The notes beneath the pieces are model-generated. The model was not told where the DNA came from and made no database searches. It saw nothing but the letters and a program-made list of their open reading frames with translations. The translations under genes were made by a program, and so were the position numbers. From the NCBI GenBank assembly GCA_964016885.1, contig OZ024742.1, positions 133,796,001 to 133,860,000 of the forward strand: a stretch of 64,000 nucleotides of DNA, read 5' to 3'. This document shows, one piece after another, positions 1 through 18,640 of the stretch (position 1 is the stretch's first letter; every line of letters starts with the position of its first letter). Source of the DNA: Eledone cirrhosa (taxonomy: Eukaryota).

Positions 1-404
1 GAATACGTATAGAGAGGTAGTACTAAGCTTAAATTAATAGAACATCAGTAAATCGTTCAGATATTTATTATATTTATTTAAATTTCGAATGTGGTTTATT
101 TTATATCCAGAATAGCAAAAGGTATTTCAGATGTGAACCCAGTTCGTATACTTCCGGCGATTTTAGATTTATAATCACCGAACATATATTAACAAAGAAA
201 ATAGGTGATCAATTTCAACAGTTAATACATTATTTTTTTTATCTAGTCGTATTTCAAGACAAATGTAGATCACTCGGCAATTAAGGACCTTTTAATGCAA
301 ATAGGTAATATCTAAGAAAGATATGTATTCCATGGTTGGATAATGGATAATCTGACAGTTCATTACGATTCATAATTCTACTGTAATATTTTCTAAAATA
401 ATTG

Positions 405-580
405 TTTCTACTTATGGCACAAGGCCAGCAATTATCCCAGAGCATCACTGGCACATTATTTTATCGACCCCGTAAGGATGAAAGGCAAAGTTAACCTCGG
501 CGGGATTTGAACTGAGAAAGTAAATGGCCATAACTCTAAGCTGTAAAGCATGGTGACTGATGCTAAACCAAAGCTGCCAA
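405..580 (-). mobile_element. tRNA-derived SINE (Nin/Deu-like core, octopus-type)
   Basis: Minus strand has B-box GTTCAAATCC followed by core GCCGAGGTTAACTTTGCCTTTCATCCTTACGGGGTCGATAAAATAA; about ten homologous copies in the window; AAAATAAT on both flanks. Confidence 0.85.
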
Positions 581-2599
581 AATAATGTTACTATCCTACA
601 TCTATGCTTAAAAATATGTACATTTTTCTATTCAAATTTGATATTAAAATGTGCACGCCAAAACATTTACTGCTTTGCATATATGTGACACAACTACAAT
701 TTGTAAGAGCAAATCAATGACAATACGCCTGGTGCCCTTATAATCAAATATTAAAATGCCCCAAATTCTGTATGCCGTATAATAAGTTTATGTTTATAAT
801 AATTTTCAGTTGAGAATCGTAGACGATATTCCATTCATAATTTGGTTTAACGCGTTATATCAATTCATAAAAGTTTAGTAATAATGTAGACATTATCTGA
901 CAATTTTTAATTTACAACGTGCAGATAGACAATATAAATTACTTGTACGTATATTATGCACAATATAAGAATATTGTGCATAATATAGGTACATGTAATT
1001 TAAATTGTCTAGGTGCACGTTGTAAATTAAAAATTGTAAGATATTTGACTATTTATGCATCTAATTTCAGAGATGGAGTACAACAGTTTCCAGTTATTGT
1101 AATTGGAAATATGGTTCATAACCAATAGGTCTGCGATCAGAGAATTGTAAGGTTTGCAATAAATGAATCTTATACTAGCTTGGTTGAACGAACATTTCAG
1201 ATAAATATTTTTTTTTTTTGTTTAACCGGAATCATCAAACCTTGCAAAACCAAAATTTCAGATATCCAAACCTGCAGATATATGCATTTATACATATATA
1301 TGAGTGTTTGTGCATGTGTGTTTCCGTGCGTATGTACGCACATATGTAGATACATATTCCGAATTAAATATTTCGTTCTTAATTAATGAAGGAAGAAATA
1401 CAAATTATGAATTCTAGATATATTCATATGTATTAGCACTCTGAAGAAAATAACAGATAATTCGAAACAGCGACTAGTTTTGAGCATTATCTGACTGCCC
1501 ATAATAAAACCTGCTTAATGTATATTGATTTAACAGCAACCCACAAAGGAGAGCTGGGTCTAGTAAATGATTTCAAATTCGTCAACAGAGCTTAACTTTA
1601 TCACTATGAAAATTGATATTGAAATTATATTTCCACCAGAAACTTTTATGAGTTTCATATTCCGTTATCACCGTGAAACGAGTCTAATACAATAAATTAT
1701 TATGATTTAGATTAATCGATAGGTATTTCCCGAGAGTAATCGGTAATCATATTCTCATGTACATATATGTGTAAGTTGATTATTATATAGAACAGAAGAA
1801 CGTAACGAATGGTTATAAATATAGACCATCTTACGTTCTATGACATGAATAAACTCAGATACACTCACAGGGATACACACTCTCTCTTATTCGCATTCAC
1901 CTATTCTCTTTCACACATACTACTACATGTATATATTTATGAGCAGAGAGAAATTCACTAAAAGCCAAACGGAAGGCACACTCTCCCTCTCTTTCACCTA
2001 ACTTGCAGAATCCCAGAGCTAATGTATCGAAGATCAGACATAAGAGAACGTCGTAGTTCCTTTAAAAATAAACATGATTTATATTCAGAGTAATAAAAGC
2101 ATGGTGTAGCTGCATCAATTCACGTCACAAATCAACAACTGAAATAATAAATTAGAACGAGAAATAAAAATATAACAGTTAATAAAACGGACATATAAAT
2201 TTAGTCCCAAATTGACAAGGACGAGTGATATAGGTAAATGATAAACAATCATACTGGATGTGAAGGATCTAGATTTGCTGGCCTTTTATGTAAAAGCATG
2301 CGTGCGAAATAAATGTTCAACCAATATTAGATTTGATATACTTGAAATCATACTGTTGATCCATATCAACCCTGATCATACATACACACATCTAATCATA
2401 TGAATGCCTGGGAATATATATAATCGTATGCGTCAAGACAGCTGTTTACCTATACAATAAAATGTGGTTCAAGTCAGGTGATGAGGCTTAACAATTACAT
2501 GTTTTACAGTAGAAGAAAATAGGAAGATTGAAGTCAACTCGTCCAAGTCGTAGGTGGTGAATGTCAACACGATACAGAGGGTTTTGCAGCCTCCGTTTC

Positions 2600-3345
2600 G
2601 AACATGTGATCGATTCTTCTCCAGGTAGAGGTGACCCATAAAGAGGATGTCCTCATCCTCGAGTCACCGCTCCACCTACCGGCCATCTGCTCTACCATCA
2701 GTTCTAGGCTCCAGCAGCTCAAGACCCTCAAAAGCAGACTCGGCATGATTAACTCCCACCCAGCCCTCTTCATGCTGTGGAACTGCTTAACCATCATGCC
2801 GAAGTTGTTCTATACTCTCCGTAGCGCTCCGTGCTACAGCCACGCATCTCACCTTGCTGACCTCGACACTTGTATCCGAACAGCAGCTGAGGACATATGC
2901 AACACCGAGACGTGGAACCGGCTTGAAATTAGCCCAGTATACATCCCTAGTCCTTCTCCCCTGTCTACGGCAAATCCCCGCCGCCACCTAGCTTTTGGGA
3001 TGCTATTCAGTGCAACCTGACGTCAGACTGGCTACCGCACCAGCTCGACCATCACGGCCTCGCATGTTTTCGCATGGCCTCGCAACCCCACAGCGGTGCT
3101 TGGCTCTGTGCATTACCCTACTTCTCTACAGACAGGCAGTTGCAGCGATACATTCTCCAGCAGTGACCTGGTGCAGTCTGCGACTAACCCAGGTTCTGCT
3201 GCATTTCAGAACAAGGAGGGTAACATCTCCAAATATCGGAAGTTTCCAACAGGTTTGGAGTCGAGCACCAAGTAATGGAGACTCCTGGTGTCCTTGGCTC
3301 TATCAGCGCAGGGTGATTTTGAAATGGGTATGTTTTGCTAACTAG
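2600..3345 (+). pseudogene. CRE-clade-like non-LTR retrotransposon remnant (RT thumb + restriction-like endonuclease region)
   Basis: HPALFMLWNCLTIMPKLFYTLRSAP resembles the CRE H.AL.LLR.C...PKL.Y.LR..P motif; downstream SCSDTFSS..SATNPGSAA..K..SKY and WLYQR resemble the CRE C-terminus; frameshifted and deleted. Confidence 0.65.
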
Positions 3346-3566
3346 GGTTTTTTATGGGAATACTTGCTCTTTCAACTATTCTAATATTTAATATGAGCTT
3401 ATAAATCTATAAGCTAGTACGCCCCTAGGGGTTGTATTGACGAACGTTAAACTCTGGTATTTATTGCTATTTTATTTACCCTTTTCATAATACTTTATAT
3501 TCTGTTCCCAAAGTTGCTCCTATATATGGGGCAAGTTCGATTTGCATTATTTTCTACAATCTTTGC

Positions 3567-3840
3567 TCATTTGGTTCTAAGTACTTTATATACCCTGATC
3601 TTATCTCTCTGATTGTAGCCAGAGAACTGCATGCGGTGGATGAAGTGATGTTCTTTGATGTTGCACATGCGGGACACGTTTCGCATCATTCTCACTATGT
3701 CTGAAATCAGTATATTGATTTCCATCTGGTCCGAAACAGATGAGTTTCGATGGATTGGGTATTCAAAGGTCATTATGCGAATAAAGGATTTCCGTTCTAT
3801 TACTAATAGTTTCCAACCTGAGCTATATATTATAACGTCA
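3567..3840 (-). pseudogene. Degenerate PLE GIY-YIG endonuclease C-terminal fragment
   Basis: RKSFIRIMTFEY..RNSSVSDQM..IKEHHFI..YNQRD follows the R/EH, S.V..H, E and N pattern of PLE GIY-YIG; abuts an oppositely oriented pLTR. Confidence 0.5.
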
Positions 3841-3918
3841 GATAGAATATATATATATATATATATATATAACCCCCCCCCCCCACACACACACACATAC
3901 ACACACATATATATATAT

Positions 3919-4465
<547 letters not shown>

Positions 4466-4662
4466 ACACACATACAGACATGTATATATATAGCGACTTG
4501 CTCGTTTTTCAGAGTCCTATATATATATGCAGAGGTTATATTTAATTTGCTGGGATTCAACAAGCTTAAACATGTTTATAACTGATATAAAACACTCAAC
4601 AGGTTAGTGGAGTAAATACACAATATATTAATAAATAGAAACCATATTTATAAAACAATATT

Positions 4663-4728
4663 TATTTTATTATATATATTTCAAGGGCCACCAATGCAAA
4701 TGATGGTGCGCTTTCATCAGAAAAAATA
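4663..4728 (-). ncRNA. Type I hammerhead ribozyme
   Basis: tatttttt CTGATGA aagcgcaccatc..tggtggccctt GAAA tatata TA ataaaata. Confidence 0.75.
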
Positions 4729-5132
4729 CATATTTGTTTTATAAATAAATATTGACATACCCGGAAAAAAGACAACCTTAATGGTTGGAGTTTCCTGGAT
4801 AGCGGAGATAATATGTTATTAAGGGTAATACAAAGTCATGATTGAGTATGCAAATGAGTGTCCGAAAAGTTAAAAAGATAATGGTTTATTTAAATTAAAC
4901 TGTTGAAAAAGAGGATATGTACGGGAGAAGGAAAAGAAAAAAAAGAAAAAGAAAAAGAAGGAGACAGAGAGAAGATGAAAGAAAAAAACGATTATACATA
5001 GTACTGGTGAAGATAGGCAAGAGTGAACGAAGAAATAAGTATTAATGGAAAAATATAGAGCGTAAATATATCTATGTGAAAGAAGAAGTGATAGAAGAAA
5101 TAAGATTAACGTGGAAGAATAATACTTAGAAT

Positions 5133-6811
5133 AAACCAAAAATTAATTTGAAGGACCATAAAATAAATTTTGAAAGTGAATTACCAGTTAGACTGATTGC
5201 ACCATCTAAATCGGACCTTGGCATACTTAGCAAGAATATTTTAGAGAGAATCATACCACAACTTAAGGAAATATCTTATTTAAAATTATGAAATGGGACT
5301 AATGAAGTTACAGACTTGTTTAAGGACATTAAATATAAGCATAACAATAAATTCATTCAATTGGATAATGCTAATTATTACTCATCTATCACTCCTAATT
5401 TACTTAATAAAGTCCTTACATATGCATTTAAATATACTGATTTATCTATCAATGAAATACACGTAAAACAATAATTAAATTTAGCAACCACCTTTGGACT
5501 AGAGCAGATAGGGATAACAATTTCGATATCACTATGGGATCATCGGACTCGGCGCAATCAACGGATCTTGTGGGGCCTTTTATTAACAATACTTTACATA
5601 GGAAAATACCAGAGATAACCGGTGGTTTATATCGTGACGATATGCTATTATTGCTTATTGAAAATAATAATAATTGTGAAATAAATAGGAAAAGAAAAGA
5701 AATAATACGATTTTTTAATAGCGTTAATCTTAAAGTAGAAAAATAAAATAGTTAATTATAAAATAGTTATTTTTTTAGATGTAACTTTAAGCCTTAATAC
5801 TGGTCTTTATTATCCATTTCATAAAATCAATGAGAATTTAAACTATGTTAACTTTAATTCAAATCACCCCAGATCCGTTAAAAACACTATTGTAAATTCT
5901 GTGCAGCAACGTATTTCTAGAATTTCAGCGAATAAAAATATATTTGAAGATAAGGCACAATATAATAACGAAGCGTTAAGTAGAGCAGGCTATAGTAATG
6001 AAATTAAATACATTGATAATAAGGATGTGCCAATTAACCATAACTATAATATAATTATAATAGGAAACCTTGCACTAACTTGAAAATCAAAAGAAGTAAT
6101 AGAACTAGAATTATATTATCGTTCGCTCCCCCTTTCTCATTAAGTATTAAAACTCCAATAGCTAAACTATTTTTTAAAGCTCTTGATAAGTGTTTTCCTA
6201 AGACACACAGATATTACTCAATCTTTAATAGACATACTATTAAACTCTCATATTCCACCACTATGAATTTAGCGCAGAATATTAATAGAAATAATAATAG
6301 AAACTTAAAACCTAACCAGAATAACATTAATACCTCCAGCAATATCCAATATACTGTTACGGCTCCCAATAATTTAAATTCAGATAAATGTAATTGTAGA
6401 AATAAATCTGTCTTCTAAAAAATAAACTGTCTTCTAAATAATAACTGTTTAGTTAAAAATATAGTATACAATTGAAAATTCCTTTAACTATATCGGCTCT
6501 ACTTCCACAGACTTCAAATCTCGTTTCAATAACCATAAATGTTCCTTTACGAATATTGGTAAACAATCTTCAACTTCTCTAGATCGAACTTATTATGGAA
6601 CTTAAAATACAAGAATATTAACTATTCTTTATATTGGGAAATTTTCTCCAAAGCTCCTTCATACACAGCTCTATCCAAAAATTGCTCCCTTTGCGTTGAA
6701 GAAATATTATTTATACGAAAATGTAAGAACTCTATTAATTTGCGTAATAATTTATTTAGTTCTTGTAAACATCGTTTAAACTCAACTTTTAGATATATAT
6801 ATAAAATTTAA
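5133..6811 (+). pseudogene. Naiad-like PLE RT + GIY-YIG, multiple stops and frameshifts
   Basis: LKDHK, RLIAPSKSDLG, MGSSDSA, GLYRDD, FLDVTL, SNHP, FAPPFS, KLSYS, CNC, YIGST..FKSRFNNH and CSLC motifs are collinear with the 31075-28942 protein. Confidence 0.9.
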
Positions 6812-6959
6812 TATATGGTTAATCTCCTTTACATAATGTTTTCTATATCCAACCACCTACAACTTCATCATTCAGCTTATATCTATATATGATTAATATA
6901 TATTTAATTTACTTTCTATTATCTCTACTTCATAAATACACTTTATATTATTACACTTA

Positions 6960-7065
6960 ATCCCGCTGAGGTTGAGTTTGCCATTCATCCTTACGGCGTC
7001 GATAACATAAAGTACCAGTAATGCACTGGGTAATTGCTGGCCTTGTGCCTAAAGTAGAAACAATT
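6960..7065 (+). mobile_element. 5'-truncated SINE nested in the PLE 3' UTR
   Basis: ATCCCGCTGAGGTTGAGTTTGCCATTCATCCTTACGGCGTCGATAA..GTACCAG..GGCCTTGTGCC. Confidence 0.75.
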
Positions 7066-8445
7066 ATTACACTTATCAATTGACTATATTCTTTTTATAT
7101 GACTATTTGAAATTCTTTTAAGAAAAACTTTCCTTGAAAGACTTTCTGAAGGTTTTAGAAAATTCTTTGAAAGTTCCTTTGAAAGATATGGAAAAACCAT
7201 TATTTTCATATATTCCAATATTTTATATCTTCAAACACTTTTAATATATATCCAAATATTTATATATTTGTGGAATAACATATGATTTATATATATATAT
7301 ATGTGTGGAATAACCTATGGTTTATGTTTTAATTATATACATAAGATACATTTTTTAACTCTATAACAATTATGAATTCTTATAAAATAACCTATGGTTT
7401 ATGTTTTAATTATATTCTTAAGATAAATTTATGACTTCTCATAAAAACATTTTGAAAAATTAAGATAAAACATTTTTTTTTTTTTTATGTAGCCATATGA
7501 GTTCTTAAACAATCTCTTCTAACTTTCTTTATACTTCCTTAGTGTTTTTATAATATAATTAAGTAGTTATTCCTTTGTAAACTCTCGTAAATTTTCATAA
7601 ATTTAGAATTATTTGGATGTTTAAGTTTTGACATACAACTATTAATAAATATAATTTTGCCAAACTTACTTTAATCGAATAAATTATACTAGATTTTCTC
7701 TAATGTAAAATACTATATGTTTATTTAAATAATTCATAATCCATAACATACACATCTAAACGAATATATTATTACTAATACATCCTAATATAATATAAAT
7801 ACTTCTGCTTTAATTTTAATTTTTAATTTTTAATATTAATATTAAATTGAATTGTTATTATTAAGGTAAATTTTAATCTTTAATTTGGATTGATAATTTT
7901 TAATTGTAATTTTTTCAACTTATCATTATAAATATTATAATCCCAACGTAATGAACTATAGATTCTAAATATTATTCTTCCACGTTAATCTTATTTCTTC
8001 TTTCACTTCTTCTTTCACTTAGATATATTTACGCTCTATATTCTTCCATTAATATATATTTCTTCGTTCACTCTTGACTATCTTCACTATCACTATATAT
8101 AACCGTTTTTTTCTTTCTTCTTCTCTCTTTCTCCTACCTTTTTTTCTTTTTCTTTTCTCTCTCCTTTACATATCCTCTTCTTCCAACAGTTTAATTTAAA
8201 TAAACCGTTATCTTTTCAACTTTTCGGACACTCATTTGCCTACTCACTCATGACTTTGTATTACCCTCAAAAAAATATTATCTCTACTATCCAGGAAGCT
8301 CCAACTGTTAGGGTGTCTTTTTGCCGGGTATGTCAATATTTATTTATGAAACAAATCTGTATTTTATTTGTCTTGGCGCCCTTGAAATATATATAATAAA
8401 ATAAATATGGTTTTATAAATATAGTTTTCATTTATTAATATATTG

Positions 8446-8477
<32 letters not shown>

Positions 8478-8686
8478 TCGTTTCTGAATTTGTTTAACAA
8501 GATTCTTTATCTGAAAACGTGTGTTGAAACCGATATTGTTATACTTTAGGAGGGTCATGTTGCCAATAAGAAACACACGCACCAGTTGCTTTCACTTCAG
8601 TTGATTATAATAAATTTATAAATTTAGGAATTTATAAATTTCCGGTTGGTTGGTTGGTTCCACAACCAAATGGTTGTTTATATATT

Positions 8687-8729
8687 GTCAAAGTTCTTTC
8701 GTCACACATTCTGTGACCTCTTCAGTGAC
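8687..8729 (-). ncRNA. Minimal type I hammerhead ribozyme
   Basis: gtca CTGAAGA g gtcaca gaatg tgtgac GAAA gaac TT tgac. Confidence 0.65.
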
Positions 8730-8830
8730 TGGGGATTCATTTCTTTGTTTTTGTGCCTCTCCTTTGTTCTCTCCTACGCCATCTTGTTTTTGTGTGTCTG
8801 AACACTCAAAAACAAGGAAAAGAATCCCAA

Positions 8831-8873
8831 GTCACTGAAGAGGTCACATAATGTGTGACGAAAGAACTTTGAC
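8831..8873 (+). ncRNA. Minimal type I hammerhead ribozyme
   Basis: gtca CTGAAGA g gtcaca taatg tgtgac GAAA gaac TT tgac. Confidence 0.65.
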
Positions 8874-9001
8874 AATATATAAACAACAAACCAACCGGAA
8901 ATTTATAAATTCCTAAATTTATAAAATTATTATAATAAATTGAACTGAAACATACTGGTGCGTGTGTTTCTTATTGGCAACATGACCCTCCCAAAGTATA
9001 A

Positions 9002-9033
<32 letters not shown>

Positions 9034-9104
9034 TAATTCAAAATATTAACTATTAAATATTAAAATTTCAAAATATTAAATATCATTCATTGAACCTTGT
9101 TTAA

Positions 9105-9156
<52 letters not shown>

Positions 9157-9192
9157 GGGGGGGGGTATGTGTGTGTGTGCTGTGTGTGTGTG

Positions 9193-9618
9193 TATATGAA
9201 TAATATTAATATTAATAAGTGGAAACTATCTTTATAAAAACATATTTATTTTATTATATATATTTCAAGGGTACCAACAATTTGGCACGCCCTCATCAGA
9301 TAAAATACAACGGTTGTTTTGCAGATAGTGGCATATCCGAAAAGTTCTGTTTCTCTTCAAACAGAACCTAAAACTATAAGTTATTGTTTTGTGATATGTC
9401 ACTATCTGTAAAACAACCTTTCTATTTCATCTGATGTGAGGGTGCCAAAATGTTGGTACCCTTTGAAATATATATAATAAAATTAATATGGTTTCACAAA
9501 GATAATTTCCATTTATTAATATTAATATTATTGATATTATACTCCAGAAGAATACTGTAGAGTACTTCGAATCTGTTATAAATAATATGTTGAATAACAA
9601 ACAAATTAAATAATTCTT

Positions 9619-9620
<2 letters not shown>
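9193..9620. mobile_element. Fold-back pLTR insertion (family B)
   Basis: Inverted arms at about 9198-9337 and 9394-9532; tail to 9620; the plus-strand HHR at 9423-9483 carries CTGATGT (core mutation). Confidence 0.85.
9247..9307 (-). ncRNA. Type I hammerhead ribozyme
   Basis: tattttat CTGATGA gggcgtgccaa attg ttggtaccctt GAAA tatata TA ataaaata; perfect 8-bp stem I. Confidence 0.8.
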
Positions 9621-9686
<66 letters not shown>

Positions 9687-9689
9687 TAT

Positions 9690-10366
9690 AAGTATGTATA
9701 CGTACATACATATATGTATACAGACGTACAGTAGTATGTATATATATATACATACATGCACACACATATATATGTACGTATGGATTCACCGAACATTTAT
9801 TAAAATGCTCGGTATGTTTATAACAAACATCCCGAATTAGGCCGTACAGTGTCTAGCAACCATCGTTGCTCATTTCTTCAACACTGACAAAGGAACGCTG
9901 TAACAGTTTCAAGCTTATTAGCTATCGTCAGCAACGTATTCGGTTCCCCGGCCGATTAACTCACTCGATATGCAAATTCGGCTTCTCAGCCGTTAATCTG
10001 CATAAGGAAAGTATATACTTTCAGACGTTCAATCATCTGGCAGGAAGGTATACGTTGCTGACTATAGCTAATAAGCTTGAAACTAGTACAGCGTTCCTTA
10101 GTCAGTATTGACAAATGAGCAACGATGATTGCTAGACACTATACGGCTTAATTCAGGATGTTTGTTTACAAACACACTGAGCATTATAATAAATGTTCGG
10201 TGAATCCATACGTACATATATATATGTGTTCATGTATGTATATATATATATATATATACATACTACTGTCCGTCTGTATACATATATGTATGTACGTGTA
10301 CATACTTATATTTAAGTAACAGCCGTACTAAGAGTGGGAAATGAAATTTCGTTTCATGTTTTCCTT
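9690..10366. mobile_element. Fold-back insertion with two opposed HHRs
   Basis: Arms at about 9690-9940 and 10049-10311; tail 10312-10366; plus-strand HHR 10052-10094 is acgttg CTGACTA..GAAA ctag TA cagcgt (one core mutation). Confidence 0.85.
9895..9937 (-). ncRNA. Minimal type I hammerhead ribozyme
   Basis: acgttg CTGACGA t agct aata agct t GAAA ctgt TA cagcgt. Confidence 0.7.
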
Positions 10367-10367
10367 A

Positions 10368-10501
<134 letters not shown>

Positions 10502-10653
10502 TATATATACACATATATATATATATATATGAATATAGACATAGAATATTCGAAAATATTCTGTATGTTTATAATAAACATTTTGAAGACCTAATCGCTA
10601 TAGAATAGAATACGTCACGTATTACAATTAGATTCTCGATAAAAGCAAGGGAA

Positions 10654-10696
10654 GTAATCTACGCGTTTCATTCTTGTTAGAAATCTTCAGGACTAC
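10654..10696 (-). ncRNA. Type I hammerhead ribozyme, unit 1
   Basis: gtagtc CTGAAGA t ttct aaca agaa t GAAA cgcg TA gattac; stem I is extended by a perfect 15-bp helix (10633-10647 with 10705-10719). Confidence 0.85.
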
Positions 10697-10963
10697 ATAT
10701 CCAGTGCTTTTATCGAGAATGACACAGCTAGAGACTTATAGAATACTTAGCTGTGTACAGGAACTGGTTTGAAAGAGCGGTTGCCGGTCCGGCAGAAATT
10801 AGAAATTGGAATAAATGCTCTGAAATAGCGATATATATGTGAATATAGACATAGAATATTCGAAAATATTCTGTATGTTTATAATAAACATTTTGAAGAC
10901 CTAATCGCTATAGAATAGAATACGTCACGTATTACAATTAGATTCTCAATAAAAGCAAGGGAA

Positions 10964-11006
10964 GTAATCTACGCGTTTCATTCTTGTTAGAAATCTTCAG
11001 GACTAC
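10964..11006 (-). ncRNA. Type I hammerhead ribozyme, unit 2
   Basis: Identical to 10654-10696, offset by 310 bp. Confidence 0.85.
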
Positions 11007-11273
11007 ATATCCAGTGCTTTTATCGAGAATGACACAGCTAGAGACTTATAGAATACTTAGCTGTGTACAGGAACTGGTTTGAAAGAGCGGTTGCCGGTCC
11101 GGCAGAAATTAGAAATTGGAATAAATGCTCTGAAATAGCGATATATATGTGAATATAGACATAGAATATTCGAAAATATTCTGTATGTTTATAATAAACA
11201 TTTTGAAGACCTAATCGCTATAGAATAGAATACGTCACGTATTACAATTAGATTCTCGATAAAAGCAAGGGAA

Positions 11274-11316
11274 GTAATCTACGCGTTTCATTCTTGTTAG
11301 AAATCTTCAGGACTAC
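11274..11316 (-). ncRNA. Type I hammerhead ribozyme, unit 3
   Basis: Identical to 10654-10696, offset by 620 bp. Confidence 0.85.
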
Positions 11317-11458
11317 ATATCCAGTGCTTTTATCGAGAAAATGACGTATTCTATTCTATAGCGATTAGGTCTTCAAAATGTTTATTATAAACATACAGAA
11401 TATTTTCGAATATTCTATGTCTATATTCACATATATATCGCTATTTCAGAGCATTTAT

Positions 11459-11500
<42 letters not shown>

Positions 11501-11501
11501 T

Positions 11502-11533
<32 letters not shown>

Positions 11534-11557
11534 TATATGTAAATATGTATATATATT

Positions 11558-11622
<65 letters not shown>

Positions 11623-12244
11623 GAATAATGACTGCAATCACTGCTAAATGTATTGCAATCGCTTGTTAGATTACAGAAAATGGTGCACCTCACGCTCGGC
11701 CAGCCACACGAAACTGAACATAACCTGAACAAGCAATGCCTGTGCTTTGAATGTGTTTTAAGTGGCGAAAGGCTTGCAATCGACCAATCGCACTCTCTCA
11801 GCATTGAAACACTACCCGAAAAGGAAAACAGGTTAACATTATCGGATGCTTCAGAAGCCGTAGTTTATTTTCATAGTTTCCCTTCCCCAGAAAGATATTG
11901 TGGCAATAACTGAGGCATTTCACCCCTCCATGAAAAAAAAACCCTGAAAAAAAAATACTATTTGGATAGCCGTTGATTCTGCAGATTTCCTTCGCCCTTT
12001 GCCGTATTTTGTATTTCATCCCACAAGGTGTCCAATTATAATCCTCCTCACAGGGGTTGCCGGTTTAATCGTCAACGACCCGAACATGTTGTAGTGGGTT
12101 ATATGTTACCAGGAGCACTCGATAGCAACCTGACACACACACACGCACACACATATATATATATGTATTAGAACGTCGCAAATAATCCTTTATGGTATTC
12201 GTTTCGACTCCTCCAGGAGTTACGCGATCAATGTAGTTACATAC

Positions 12245-12275
<31 letters not shown>

Positions 12276-12278
12276 TAA

Positions 12279-12361
<83 letters not shown>

Positions 12362-12394
12362 ATTATATATATATATATATATTATATATATATA

Positions 12395-17882
<5,488 letters not shown>

Positions 17883-17951
17883 ATATATATTTATATATGA
17901 CTAGAACTGTTTGATTTTAAGGAAATGATCATACATATAACAGCTGCCAAA

Positions 17952-18004
<53 letters not shown>

Positions 18005-18024
18005 ACCTTCATATCATCTATCCC

Positions 18025-18095
18025 TATTTTATCTGATGAAAACGCAGATATCATCTCATGATGATATTTGTTTTTGAAATGCGCATAATAAAATA
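18025..18095 (+). ncRNA. Solo type I hammerhead ribozyme in a ~120-bp insertion between (TA)n tracts
   Basis: tattttat CTGATGA aaacgcagatatcat ctc atg atgatatttgttttt GAAA tgcgca TA ataaaata. Confidence 0.85.
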
Positions 18096-18119
18096 CTCTT
18101 TTAACCATCTTTTGATCTC

Positions 18120-18200
<81 letters not shown>

Positions 18201-18203
<3 letters not shown>

Positions 18204-18286
18204 TGTAATAGATTACATAACTAATAAGCTCTGTAACCTACATAGAGCACTCTTTTTTCCTGGACCTTTCCGACAGATTTACTTCA

Positions 18287-18290
<4 letters not shown>
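18201..18290 (+). mobile_element. Minimal 90-bp Naiad pLTR (family A) tail insertion
   Basis: TTATGTAAT/ATTACATAA 9-bp inverted pair followed by sequence homologous to 31600-31682. Confidence 0.75.
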
Positions 18291-18327
<37 letters not shown>

Positions 18328-18331
<4 letters not shown>

Positions 18332-18640
18332 CGTTTCTGAATTTATTTAGCAATATTCTTTATCTGAAATCGAGTGTTGAAATCGATATTGTTATACTTT
18401 GGGAGGGTCATGTTGCCAATAAGAAACACACGCACCAATTGATTTCGCTTCAATTTATTACTATAATAAATTTATAAATTTATAAATTTCTGGTTGGTTG
18501 GTTCCACAACCAGATAGTTGTTTATATATTGTCATAGTTATTTCGTCACACACTCTGTGACCTCTTCAGTGACTGGGGATTACTTTCTTTGTTTCTGTGC
18601 CTCTCCTTTGTTCTCTCCTACGCCATTTTGTTTCTGACAC
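18328..18640 (-). mobile_element. Solo pLTR, family C, with HHR at 18531-18573
   Basis: Aligns with 8477-8795; gtca CTGAAGA ggtcacagagtgtgtgac GAAA taac TA tgac. Confidence 0.8.

Larger units (their letters stand above)
4535..8445 (+). mobile_element. 5'-truncated Naiad-like PLE with inverted 5' pLTR copy (pLTR family B)
   Basis: 4621-5132 is the reverse complement of about 7962-8445; RT-GIY-YIG pseudogene lies between; (TA)n flanks. Confidence 0.85.
8477..9000. mobile_element. Fold-back pLTR insertion (family C) with two opposed HHRs
   Basis: About 8538-8750 and 8810-9000 are inverted arms; 8477-8537 is an unpaired tail; (TA)n on both sides; second family copy at 18328-18640. Confidence 0.85.
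10531..11463 (-). mobile_element. Retrozyme-like 310-bp tandem repeat (2.6 units) with terminal inversion
   Basis: Units start at 10531, 10841 and 11151 and are almost identical; one HHR per unit; 11342-11463 is an inverted copy spanning the unit junction; (TA)n flanks; no ORF. Confidence 0.85.

Noticed and set aside
1435-1485. CTGAAGA..CGAAAC hammerhead-like string
   Set aside because: Stems I and III do not pair convincingly
5289-5291. In-frame TGA in the Naiad-like pseudogene as Sec (some Naiads encode Sec)
   Set aside because: Aligns to Trp (QWLN) in the intact copy, so TGG>TGA decay
8477-10366. Interpreting the fold-backs as MITEs or DNA transposons
   Set aside because: Arms are asymmetric, contain HHRs, and several families are homologous to pLTRs attached to RT/GIY-YIG sequence in this same window
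10531-11340. CRISPR-like array
   Set aside because: Units are fully repeated with no unique spacers; eukaryotic context; no cas genes
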